Part shown: piece by piece, positions 1-8,081 of the stretch
How positions within the stretch are numbered: the first letter of the stretch is position 1
Layout of the letters: every line of letters starts with the position of its first letter
From: Clostridia bacterium
GTDB taxonomy: Bacteria > Bacillota > Clostridia > TANB77 > CAG-465
Assembly (NCBI GenBank): GCA_045637095.1
Contig: JAZTYX010000054.1
Span: 1,373-65,372, forward strand
Direction: 5' to 3'
Length of the DNA: 64,000 nucleotides
The notes under the pieces: model-generated
Database searches by the model: none
Told to the model about the DNA's origin: nothing
What the model saw: the letters and a program-made list of their open reading frames with translations, nothing else
Program-made: the position numbers and the translations under genes

Positions 1-497
1 TCAACACAATGGTAAACAAAACGAAATTTAGCCTAAGGAAGATAACATCAGATGGCAATTATCCTTCAAGTCATACAGGATTTGTAACAAGTGTAACAAC
101 TATTTCATGGATATATACAATACGGGAAATCTTAAACTCAGAAAATGCTAATATTAGCGTTTGGTGCTCTATGGCATTTACTGCTCTTGCAGTGGTAATC
201 ATAAGAGACGCACTGGGTGTAAGATATACTGTACAGAAACTCTGTGAAACTGTGACTAAACTTGCAGAAAACTCCGAACATGCAGAAGAGATAAAAAAAG
301 AGATGGATATTAAATCTGGACATAAACCTTATGAGGTTATGGGCGGAGCAATCTTAGGATTTATCGTAGCGGGCTTTACATCGTGTATTTACTACAAATT
401 GTACAAGCTTTTGCCTATTGCAATTGTGGCATTTGTGCTTTTCATTGTGGTATCTCTCATGTTGCTAAAGAAAAAAAGAAAAGAAAATGCAGCCTAA
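1..497 (+). CDS. DUF212 (divergent PAP2 / YuiD-like) membrane protein, 5' end truncated by the window edge
   Basis: PSSHTGFVTSVTT and later segments match the YuiD/DUF212 pattern (GGMPSSHSAxV). The family signature normally sits about 40 aa into the protein but here is only 15 aa after the first in-frame Met, so the true start lies upstream of the window. Confidence 0.5.
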   Translation, partial: NTMVNKTKFSLRKITSDGNYPSSHTGFVTSVTTISWIYTIREILNSENANISVWCSMAFTALAVVIIRDALGVRYTVQKLCETVTKLAENSEHAEEIKKEMDIKSGHKPYEVMGGAILGFIVAGFTSCIYYKLYKLLPIAIVAFVLFIVVSLMLLKKKRKENAA

Positions 498-521
498 TTA
501 AAAATTAGGCTGTATTTTTTG
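490..521 (+). terminator. rho-independent terminator
   Basis: Hairpin AGCCTAATT-aaaa-AATTAGGCT overlaps the stop codon and is followed by TTTTTT. Confidence 0.6.
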
Positions 522-567
522 CACTTTTTGTGATAGAATACACACATAATATATAACGGAGAAATAA

Positions 568-2196
568 ATGGAAAAAAGATATATTAGCGAGGGTAGATAT
601 AAAAAGAGTAGCGCAAGAAAACGCCGTGACATTAAGAAGATAAGAAAAAAAGTGGTTGCGGATGTAGAAAATAAAAAGAAACTAGAAAATAAAAAGGCTG
701 CTACTAAAAAGATTGTAAAAAAGAATAAGAAAAAAATAAGTCCTAAAGTGAGAAAAGAAATGCGCATTAGAAGACGCAATACTTTTACTTGTATTCTTTT
801 AATAATATTAATAGTGATAATATCTAGAGCAATATTAAAAGATGAAGGTGAACCGTTCATACCGAACTTTTGGGCGGAAGAAGAAAATGAATCAGTACTA
901 ACTTTAGGAATAATTACAACAGACGATTTAAGAGATGAGAATACAAATAATATAGTCTTAAAAGAATTAAAACATTATACATCATATATGTTACTTAAGA
1001 TAAATGAAGATTATACATTTACATATGATGTACTAGAAAATATAGAAAAAACAAATGAGAAAGAATATATATTAAAGATAAAAAAATCTAAAGAATACAC
1101 ACCAGAAAGTATAAAGAATATTATTCTATCATATATGGTAGATGAGAAATCTGTATATTATCCAAATGTAAGTAATATAGAACAAATAGTAGCGGGAGAA
1201 GGTGCGTTAACTATTACGCTAAAAGAACAAGATCCATACTTTGTATATAATCTTGAATTGCCGGTTGGTAATACATTAAATAAAGATTATGTTGTATCTG
1301 CTGAAGCAACAGCAATGGCTAAAATATACGAAAGAACAAAAGCTGCAGATAGAACATTACCAAAAAGAATAATAGTAAAAAGATATAAAGATATGTACGC
1401 CGGAGTAGAAGCATACAAAAAAGCGGAAATAAACATATTAATAACTAATCAAAAGAATGTACAAAATATATTAGGTAAATATGAATATAACGTTTCTACT
1501 GTAAAGACGGGAGAAAGCGTATTCTTATTATTTAATCAAAATTCAGAATTGATTTCTAGAGATGAAATACGTAAAGTTTTAGCTTATGGAATAAATAGAG
1601 ATAGTATAATAAAAGACACAATGCAGTCTTTAGCAGAAACAATAGATTTACCATATGTTTATGATAAATCAAAATATAAATACGATATTTATGCGGCAGA
1701 GAATCTACTTCTTTCAAATGGGTATACAAAGGTAAATAAAGTTTATACTAAAGATAAGAAAAAAGTAGAACTAACATTAATAGTAAATAAAGAAGATGAA
1801 GAAAAGGTAGCTATAGCTAATACAATAAAGAATAACCTTACAGCTTTGGGTGTAAATATAAATGTAGAGAAGCTAACAAAGGATGAATTAAATAAAAGAA
1901 TAACAAAAGGAACATACGATTTAGTTCTTGCAAATGTTAATCTAAACAATAATCCAAACATAAACTTCATAACATCTAAATTATACCTAACAGAAGGAAT
2001 AAAAACGGCATTAGAAGCAATTAATATATCTGACACGGTAAATTTACCACAAGAAATTAAAAATGCCTCAAACACGATGTCAGAAAGTATTAGCACTATT
2101 GGTATAGTAGCTAAAACAACATATGTGATCTCAAATAAAAACTTAACAGGTTTAACAGATATTAGTTACTTAAACATACTTAAGAATTTAATATAA
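568..2196 (+). CDS. Membrane-anchored protein with a solute-binding-protein family 5 (oligopeptide-SBP-like) domain and a highly basic N-terminal tail
   Basis: Lys/Arg-rich N-terminus followed by one TM helix. The C-terminal half (AENLLLSNGY...KVELTLIVNKEDEEKVAIANTIKNNLTALGVNINVEKL...TYDLVLANVNL) follows the SBP_bac_5 C-terminal pattern. No ABC permease or ATPase genes are nearby. Confidence 0.5.
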   Translation: MEKRYISEGRYKKSSARKRRDIKKIRKKVVADVENKKKLENKKAATKKIVKKNKKKISPKVRKEMRIRRRNTFTCILLIILIVIISRAILKDEGEPFIPNFWAEEENESVLTLGIITTDDLRDENTNNIVLKELKHYTSYMLLKINEDYTFTYDVLENIEKTNEKEYILKIKKSKEYTPESIKNIILSYMVDEKSVYYPNVSNIEQIVAGEGALTITLKEQDPYFVYNLELPVGNTLNKDYVVSAEATAMAKIYERTKAADRTLPKRIIVKRYKDMYAGVEAYKKAEINILITNQKNVQNILGKYEYNVSTVKTGESVFLLFNQNSELISRDEIRKVLAYGINRDSIIKDTMQSLAETIDLPYVYDKSKYKYDIYAAENLLLSNGYTKVNKVYTKDKKKVELTLIVNKEDEEKVAIANTIKNNLTALGVNINVEKLTKDELNKRITKGTYDLVLANVNLNNNPNINFITSKLYLTEGIKTALEAINISDTVNLPQEIKNASNTMSESISTIGIVAKTTYVISNKNLTGLTDISYLNILKNLI

Positions 2197-2207
2197 AATT
2201 AAATAAT

Positions 2208-2240
2208 AACACCATACTCAAAGTGTGGTGTTATTTTGTT
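2208..2240 (+). terminator. rho-independent terminator
   Basis: AACACCA-tactcaaagtg-TGGTGTT hairpin followed by ATTTTGTT. Confidence 0.6.
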
Positions 2241-2329
2241 GAAATTTATGTTAACTTGTGGTATAATAATTCTCGTAACAAAAAAATATAGTCCTAACTT
2301 AAAAGTGCGGATGTGAAAAAGGAGATAGT

Positions 2330-3109
2330 ATGAATTTTTACAAAAAAGTAATTCTAAAACACGTACCGGAGTTTCAAAAACTAACAGAAGATGAGCAGCG
2401 GATAAGTGTAAAGATGCATAAGCATAAATATATTGCTATGTGGATTTCTGCACTTTTTGCAACAACATCTTATCCAGGCATCATAACATTAGTTTTGAGT
2501 GCAGCAACACTTGTGATTCTAAACTTTGTAAATGCAACAGTTGGTAACATTTTGTTCTGGATAACTTTCCCGTACAATCTTTTTGTATGCGCTATGTATT
2601 TCTATTGGTTCCGTAGGGTAATAATCAAAAAGGATACAAACCAAGAGTATTACGAGAGACTTTTTGATTTCTTTACCAAAGCATGGTTATATAACTACAA
2701 AGTTGTAACCAAAAAAGATTGGAGAAAGCTTAAAGCTACAAACAAGACGCGGTATAACGCGTACAGAACAGAGGAGTCTAATCATCATTGCTATAGCGTA
2801 ACATATGAATTAGCAAGAATTATTGCTAGTACTGATGTTAAAATTGTTTGGATTTTTATGGAGTCTTGGTGCTCTAAATGTGGCCATGCAATTTTAATAA
2901 AAGGTGACTATGTATACGATAGCAATATGAGAAGAACTTACAAGAAAGATGAATACTTCAGATACTTTAAGGTCCAAATGTTTAACGAGTTTGATTACAA
3001 TGAGTGGTCAACGTATGCTGAACTTAAGCAAAGTGAAGCTTGGCAAGCTTTTGGTATTTGGTGTAGACAACTTGGTGGTAAACGTGATACAGATGATGAG
3101 CAGGAGTGA
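2330..3109 (+). CDS. Hypothetical membrane protein (2 TM) with a C-terminal Cys/His/Asp-containing domain
   Basis: Long ORF with an SD-like GGAGAT upstream. Two N-terminal hydrophobic helices. The C-terminal HHCYSVTYELARII ... CGHAILIKGDYVYD arrangement is reminiscent of transglutaminase-like/papain-like C-H-D cores, but the match is weak. Confidence 0.45.
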   Translation: MNFYKKVILKHVPEFQKLTEDEQRISVKMHKHKYIAMWISALFATTSYPGIITLVLSAATLVILNFVNATVGNILFWITFPYNLFVCAMYFYWFRRVIIKKDTNQEYYERLFDFFTKAWLYNYKVVTKKDWRKLKATNKTRYNAYRTEESNHHCYSVTYELARIIASTDVKIVWIFMESWCSKCGHAILIKGDYVYDSNMRRTYKKDEYFRYFKVQMFNEFDYNEWSTYAELKQSEAWQAFGIWCRQLGGKRDTDDEQE

Positions 3110-3129
3110 AAAACCCTGCTCATTTTTTA
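3098..3129 (+). terminator. rho-independent terminator
   Basis: GAGCAGG-agtgaaaaac-CCTGCTC followed by ATTTTTT, overlapping the CDS end. Confidence 0.6.
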
Positions 3130-3150
3130 TACAATTTAATAATTTTATAC

Positions 3151-3179
3151 TTGACACCAATTAACAAGTGTGTTATTAT
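3151..3179 (+). promoter_or_regulatory. sigma-A type promoter for tRNA-Arg
   Basis: TTGACA, a 17-nt spacer, then TATTAT with a TGTGT extended -10. The predicted TSS is about 10 nt before the mature tRNA 5' end. Confidence 0.55.
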
Positions 3180-3196
3180 ATATGAGTACCGATTGT

Positions 3197-3273
<77 letters not shown>

Positions 3274-3280
3274 AGGTAAA

Positions 3281-3318
3281 AATAAACTGTAAGTTAAACT
3301 TACAGTTTATTTTTTTAT
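3281..3318. terminator. bidirectional rho-independent terminator (tRNA and the convergent acyltransferase gene)
   Basis: AAACTGTAAGTT-a-AACTTACAGTTT, with an A-run on the left and TTTTTTT on the right. Confidence 0.7.
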
Positions 3319-3352
3319 ATTTATCTTGTTTTTAGAATTCTTTTATTATTTC

Positions 3353-4423
3353 TTAATTATTTGTGTTTTCCGTTTCTTTTCTCATAAATATATTCTTAAC
3401 AGTTTCTCCTACAAGTATAGGGAAGAAGAATTTTACAATCTTAGTAGCTAGAATAGAGAAAGCTATTGCTAGTATAGATACTAAGAAGGAAATTAAAACT
3501 TCTACAAATATATTACTGTTCTTCATAAGTGTAGATACTATGCCTAGTTTTGATTGAAATAATACAATTAACAACTTATGGAATATTAAAATACCCATTG
3601 TATTTTTTCCTATATACTCTAGCAATTTATTATTATCTATTTTATATGCTATATATACAGCTGTTAGAGATAATGTTATTCCACTTAAAAGTGAAAGTGG
3701 AAGACTTCCTAATGTTAGAACTCTATAACTAACAGTTATATTTGATAATGCACAGATGCATCCTACTATTGCTAAAATGAGTATATAATACCAATGCTTA
3801 AATATATATTCTTTCAAATTAAATTTATTAAATATGTAACCTATATAAAATACGGGACCTAGTATTAATACTTGGTTTATACACATTGGCAGTGTGATGT
3901 TTAAGTAGTTATAACAAAGAAATGAAACTATGAGCGTTATACCAAGAAGTATAATTGAATGAGATTTTTTCTTGCTTGTTAATTTTATTAATAAGTAATA
4001 TATACAAACCATACTAAATAACGCAGGTAAAAACCATAACGGTCTGTTTTGTTGAAGTCCATCTCCAGAAGCGTATATAATGTTAAATACTGTTTCTTTT
4101 AGATTAAAAGTAGTTGCTTTATCTAAGGTTGAACCAACAAATTTTCCAAGTAATGCATATGGTATTAAAAAAGCTAGTGCCCAGAAATAATAGGGTATCA
4201 TTATTCTTTTGAATTTGTTTGTAATAAAGTCTTTAATCTTTTTATTTGTACTAAATGTATATCCAGATAAAAAGAAAAATAGATAAACATGAAAGCTATA
4301 TACAAACTTGAATACATTGCTACAATGCTCAGAATATGCAACCGAGTGACCTAATACTATAAATATTATAGCGAAAGCTTTAGCTATGTCTATAAAGGAT
4401 AGTCTAGTATTTTCTTTATTCAT
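3353..4423 (-). CDS. Acyltransferase family 3 (OatA-like) integral membrane acyltransferase
   Basis: About 10 TM helices. N-terminal FIDIAKAFAIIFIVLGHS is typical of Acyl_transf_3. Confidence 0.7.
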   Translation of the reverse strand: MNKENTRLSFIDIAKAFAIIFIVLGHSVAYSEHCSNVFKFVYSFHVYLFFFLSGYTFSTNKKIKDFITNKFKRIMIPYYFWALAFLIPYALLGKFVGSTLDKATTFNLKETVFNIIYASGDGLQQNRPLWFLPALFSMVCIYYLLIKLTSKKKSHSIILLGITLIVSFLCYNYLNITLPMCINQVLILGPVFYIGYIFNKFNLKEYIFKHWYYILILAIVGCICALSNITVSYRVLTLGSLPLSLLSGITLSLTAVYIAYKIDNNKLLEYIGKNTMGILIFHKLLIVLFQSKLGIVSTLMKNSNIFVEVLISFLVSILAIAFSILATKIVKFFFPILVGETVKNIFMRKETENTNN

Positions 4424-4507
4424 TTTTCCTCCTTGTTTTAAGTTTTAACTGATAATGAATATATTTTACTACAAGCTATTATTACGGTCAATAATATACA
4501 TTAGTTT

Positions 4508-4546
4508 GCAATAGACAAAATAAAACCTACTGTTTTGCAGTAGGTT
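4508..4546 (-). terminator. rho-independent terminator of the SPFH gene
   Basis: On the minus strand AACCTACTG-caaaa-CAGTAGGTT is followed by TTTATTTTG. Confidence 0.55.
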
Positions 4547-4552
4547 AATTTG

Positions 4553-5476
4553 TTATTTAAGTAATTCTCTAGCAGTACCAAGAGCGCTAAATGCTGAGCT
4601 TGTATCAAATGGAATAAATACTTTGTTTGCAGGTCCTTCTGCGATTTTTTCCATTGATTCTAAAGACTTAATAGCAACAAGTTCTTTAGTTGGTTTTGCA
4701 GTATTGATTGCACCATAAACTAATTCTATTTCTTGTGCTTTAGCTTCAGCTATTTTCTTTATTGCTGCTGAAGTACCTTCGGCTTCTAACATTCTAGCTT
4801 CTCTTAAACCTTGAGCACGTCTAATGCTAGATTCTTTTTCAGCTTCAGCTTCTAATATTTGTGCTTCTTTTTGTCCTTCGGCGTGAGTTATAGCTGCTTG
4901 ACGGCTACCTTCAGCTTCAAGAATTAAAGCTCTTTTATTTCTTTCAGCATTCATTTGTTTTTCCATGGCATCACGAACATCCTTTGGAGGAGTGATGTCT
5001 TTAATTTCAACTCTATCTACTTTACAACCCCATCTATCTGTTGCTTCATCAAGCACTTGACGAAGTTGAGCGTTTATTAAATCTCTTGAACTGAATGTAC
5101 TATCTAGATCCATTTTACCAACAATATCTCTTATTGTTGTAATTGCTAAGTATTGAATACCTTTTCCAAGGTTTTCAATTTCATAAACAGATTTTACTGG
5201 ATCCATTATTTGAAAGAACACAACTGTATCTATTGTAATAGTTACGTTATCTTTTGTGATAACTTGTTGTGGTGGAACATCCATTGTTTGTTGTTTCATA
5301 TTTACGATAGCTCTTACTCTATCTACAAAAGGGAAGATGAAGTTAAGACCAGCTGATGCAACCTTGTGGAATTTACCAACTCTCTCTATAACATATACTT
5401 CCGCTTGTCTTACTACTTTAATAGAAAATGCTACTATTACCATAAGTAGTAAAAAGGCTCCTAAAACATACCACAT
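4553..5476 (-). CDS. SPFH/band-7 (stomatin-like) membrane protein
   Basis: N-terminal TM followed by an SPFH core (VYVIERVGKF...FIFPFVDRV...) and a C-terminal EAEA-rich coiled region. Sits directly downstream of an NfeD gene. Confidence 0.8.
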   Translation of the reverse strand: MWYVLGAFLLLMVIVAFSIKVVRQAEVYVIERVGKFHKVASAGLNFIFPFVDRVRAIVNMKQQTMDVPPQQVITKDNVTITIDTVVFFQIMDPVKSVYEIENLGKGIQYLAITTIRDIVGKMDLDSTFSSRDLINAQLRQVLDEATDRWGCKVDRVEIKDITPPKDVRDAMEKQMNAERNKRALILEAEGSRQAAITHAEGQKEAQILEAEAEKESSIRRAQGLREARMLEAEGTSAAIKKIAEAKAQEIELVYGAINTAKPTKELVAIKSLESMEKIAEGPANKVFIPFDTSSAFSALGTARELLK

Positions 5477-5490
5477 AAAAATACCCTCCT

Positions 5491-5925
5491 TTATTCAGTA
5501 TATTCTTTAATTACTAGTTTTACGCCGTCGATTGAATCTACTATAACAGTTTCATCAACTTTGAAAGTTTTCTTATCTCTAGATATTGCTGACCAAATTT
5601 CACCTTGGACTTTAATTTGTCCCATGTTATCTGGACCAACTATTTCTTTTAATACAATACCAGTTTTTCCTATTAAACTGTCTGAGTTTGTAGGCAGGTC
5701 TTTTGTCTTAAATAGTTTTGCAAATACTGGTCTTAAAAATATGACAAGTAATGTTGTAGAAACTATAAACACTCCTATTTGTACTGCAATAGAATCACAG
5801 AACAAACTAACAAGGAATGTTAAGAAAGCTCCAACACCAGGGAAAAAGAATAAGAATCCCACTGTTAGTATTTCAATTACAAGGCACAAAGCACATAATA
5901 ATAGCCAAATGGCAGTAGGTGACAT
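5491..5925 (-). CDS. NfeD-like short-form membrane protein (partner of stomatin)
   Basis: Two TM helices plus a C-terminal OB-fold-like segment (IGKTGIVLKEI...GQIKVQGEIWSA...). Follows the conserved nfeD-SPFH operon arrangement. Confidence 0.75.
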   Translation of the reverse strand: MSPTAIWLLLCALCLVIEILTVGFLFFFPGVGAFLTFLVSLFCDSIAVQIGVFIVSTTLLVIFLRPVFAKLFKTKDLPTNSDSLIGKTGIVLKEIVGPDNMGQIKVQGEIWSAISRDKKTFKVDETVIVDSIDGVKLVIKEYTE

Positions 5926-6031
5926 ATATAATCCCTCCTTTATTATGTATTACCCTATATGTCCATATTATATATTATTAATATAAAAAAATAAATAGTT
6001 TTTTTAAGATATTGTATATTTATAAAATTAA

Positions 6032-7618
6032 ATGTATAATTTGGTTATGAAAACAAGGGTAATTGAAAAAATAAATAATAGTTATATATATGTAGTAATA
6101 TTAGCAGTATATGTCATTGTAACGCTTGGTATATCTATGCTAATTACAAAACCAAATAACAAAGAGACAAACATAATCGTTAATGGCGAGACCTTGAACT
6201 TAAAAAACGGTGTTGTAAATATAAAAGGGACAAGATATATTACTAGAAAAGACATAGAAGAAAATTTTTTCGAACATGTTTTTTACGATAAAATTTCTAG
6301 AACTTTAATAATTACTACATGGGATGAAAAAATAAAAATAAAAAAAGGTGACACAGGTACTATAGAATACGAAGCAGAAACTGCATATAGCATAAAGAAT
6401 TTGGCAGAAAAGTTAGGCTATGAGTATATTGAAGATGCTAAAACAAACGATGTATACATATATAACTACACAGAACAAGATGTTAAAATAAAGAAAAATA
6501 GAGTAGAAGTGTATAGTTTGGAGAATAAATGTGTTGTTGGTGTTGTGGAAAAGAAAGACAAAATAACACTACTTGAAACAGAAGCTGTGTATAAAGAGAG
6601 CAAAGACAAACTACTTACAGTAAAAATAACAGATAAAGATGGCAAATCGTATATAGCAAGAATAAGTAAAGATAAGGTGGAGTATATCCCAAAAGTTAAA
6701 GATCTTATAAAAACAGATAAAGATATGATTGTAATTACACATGTAGAAAACAAGGTGGCAAGTACAACAGATTTGACTAAAGTAGACGCGTTAGCTATAG
6801 AGATGTTACAACTTAATTCATCAAATAAGCTAACAACTAAAAAATACACTTTACCAGATGCTAAAGATGTAGATGTATATGCTGTAATAGATAATGGATA
6901 TAAGTCTACAGGTTTTGATACAAATATAATTACTGACCTAGTTCATAGCGATAAAAATAAGGAAATAGTTGCAGAACAGGTAATAGATTTTGTAATGGAA
7001 AATGAACTTGCTGGAATTGTAATAGACTTTAAGAAATTTAAGAAGTCAGATAAGGATTTGTTAGAGCAATATATAAAAGAATTAGCTGTATTAATGCATG
7101 CTAATAACAAGAAAATACTAGTAAAAATGCAAGCTATTGATTCGTACAATATTATAGATATAGAATATTTTGTAGATCAGATAATATTGCAAGCCTATGG
7201 AACAAGAACGGTAGCTTCTAAAACAGCAGGTTCTCATTCATCTATTATTTATATAATGGAAATGATGGATGAAATAGAGAAAAATGTGTTAGATAGAAAA
7301 AAGATAATATTAGAAATTCCAACATATTCAATTTTATGGACAGAAAGAGGCGGAACAATAATAAATGCAGAAGAATATTCTATGCAAGCAGTAAATGAAT
7401 ATTTGAAAGAAAATAATATTACACCAGAATTTAATAAGGCTTCGGGACAGAACTATGTTAGCTATACTAAAGGAATAATTACATATAAAATGTGGTTAGA
7501 AGATGAATTTAGCATAGGCAAGAAAATGGGAATGGCATATTACCAAGAATTTGCGGGAATATGCATATACAAAAGCGGAGAAGAATTAAAAAGCATCTAT
7601 AGTATAACTATAGAATAG
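6032..7618 (+). CDS. Membrane-anchored protein with a GH18 (chitinase-like) domain that has a degenerate catalytic motif
   Basis: N-terminal TM. The C-terminal region VIDFVMENELAGIVIDFKKF aligns to the GH18 DGxDxDWE motif with D1 to A, D2 to V and E to K, so it is predicted inactive. First gene of an operon with two pilin-like genes. Confidence 0.45.
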   Translation: MYNLVMKTRVIEKINNSYIYVVILAVYVIVTLGISMLITKPNNKETNIIVNGETLNLKNGVVNIKGTRYITRKDIEENFFEHVFYDKISRTLIITTWDEKIKIKKGDTGTIEYEAETAYSIKNLAEKLGYEYIEDAKTNDVYIYNYTEQDVKIKKNRVEVYSLENKCVVGVVEKKDKITLLETEAVYKESKDKLLTVKITDKDGKSYIARISKDKVEYIPKVKDLIKTDKDMIVITHVENKVASTTDLTKVDALAIEMLQLNSSNKLTTKKYTLPDAKDVDVYAVIDNGYKSTGFDTNIITDLVHSDKNKEIVAEQVIDFVMENELAGIVIDFKKFKKSDKDLLEQYIKELAVLMHANNKKILVKMQAIDSYNIIDIEYFVDQIILQAYGTRTVASKTAGSHSSIIYIMEMMDEIEKNVLDRKKIILEIPTYSILWTERGGTIINAEEYSMQAVNEYLKENNITPEFNKASGQNYVSYTKGIITYKMWLEDEFSIGKKMGMAYYQEFAGICIYKSGEELKSIYSITIE

Positions 7619-7628
7619 AGGAGGATAT

Positions 7629-8081
7629 ATGAAAAAAAGAGGTGTTACTCTAATTACTTTAAGTATAATTGTAGCGGTAATGGCTATTCTTACAGCAGTA
7701 ACAATAACTATAGGAACAGACATACATACAGGTGCGCAAAAAGCTAGATTTCAAGCTGAAATAGCTCAAATTGAAATACTTACAAGTAATTATATAAGAA
7801 GAAATTCTGGAAATGATTTTACACCATATACATGGAATGTTACATCGCTTTCAGGTTATGATGAATCTCAATTTGAAGGTGAAATAATAACAGGTGGCAA
7901 CATTAATGTATATGTAGTAGACTTAACAAAGATAGATGCAGAAGAAGTAAACGATGGCCTTTTAGAAAATGGTGCAAATGATAGATATTTGTATTCTGAA
8001 CAGACAGGTCATGTGTATTATGAAAAAGGCAAAACTTTTGGTAGTAAAGTATACTACAGAGTTTCAGAATTAGAGGAGTAG
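7629..8081 (+). CDS. Small pilin-like / signal-anchored protein (family member 1)
   Basis: Strong SD GAGGAGG. N-terminus MKKRG|VTLITLSIIVAVMAILTAV resembles a class III prepilin leader but lacks Phe+1 and Glu+5. Its globular part is homologous to the N-terminal domain of the next gene (YLYSEQTGHVYYEKG against IYAYSELTGRVYYLNG). Confidence 0.55.
   Translation: MKKRGVTLITLSIIVAVMAILTAVTITIGTDIHTGAQKARFQAEIAQIEILTSNYIRRNSGNDFTPYTWNVTSLSGYDESQFEGEIITGGNINVYVVDLTKIDAEEVNDGLLENGANDRYLYSEQTGHVYYEKGKTFGSKVYYRVSELEE

Noticed and set aside
9-497. Treating the Met at position 9 as the true start of the DUF212 protein
   Set aside because: The family signature lies only 15 aa in, whereas homologs have about 40 aa including a TM helix before it, and the frame is open to the window edge. 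Called 5'-partial instead.
2949-3164. 71-aa ORF overlapping the 3' end of the 2330..3109 gene
   Set aside because: Out-of-frame overlap with a longer gene, and it runs through that gene's terminator. No SD.
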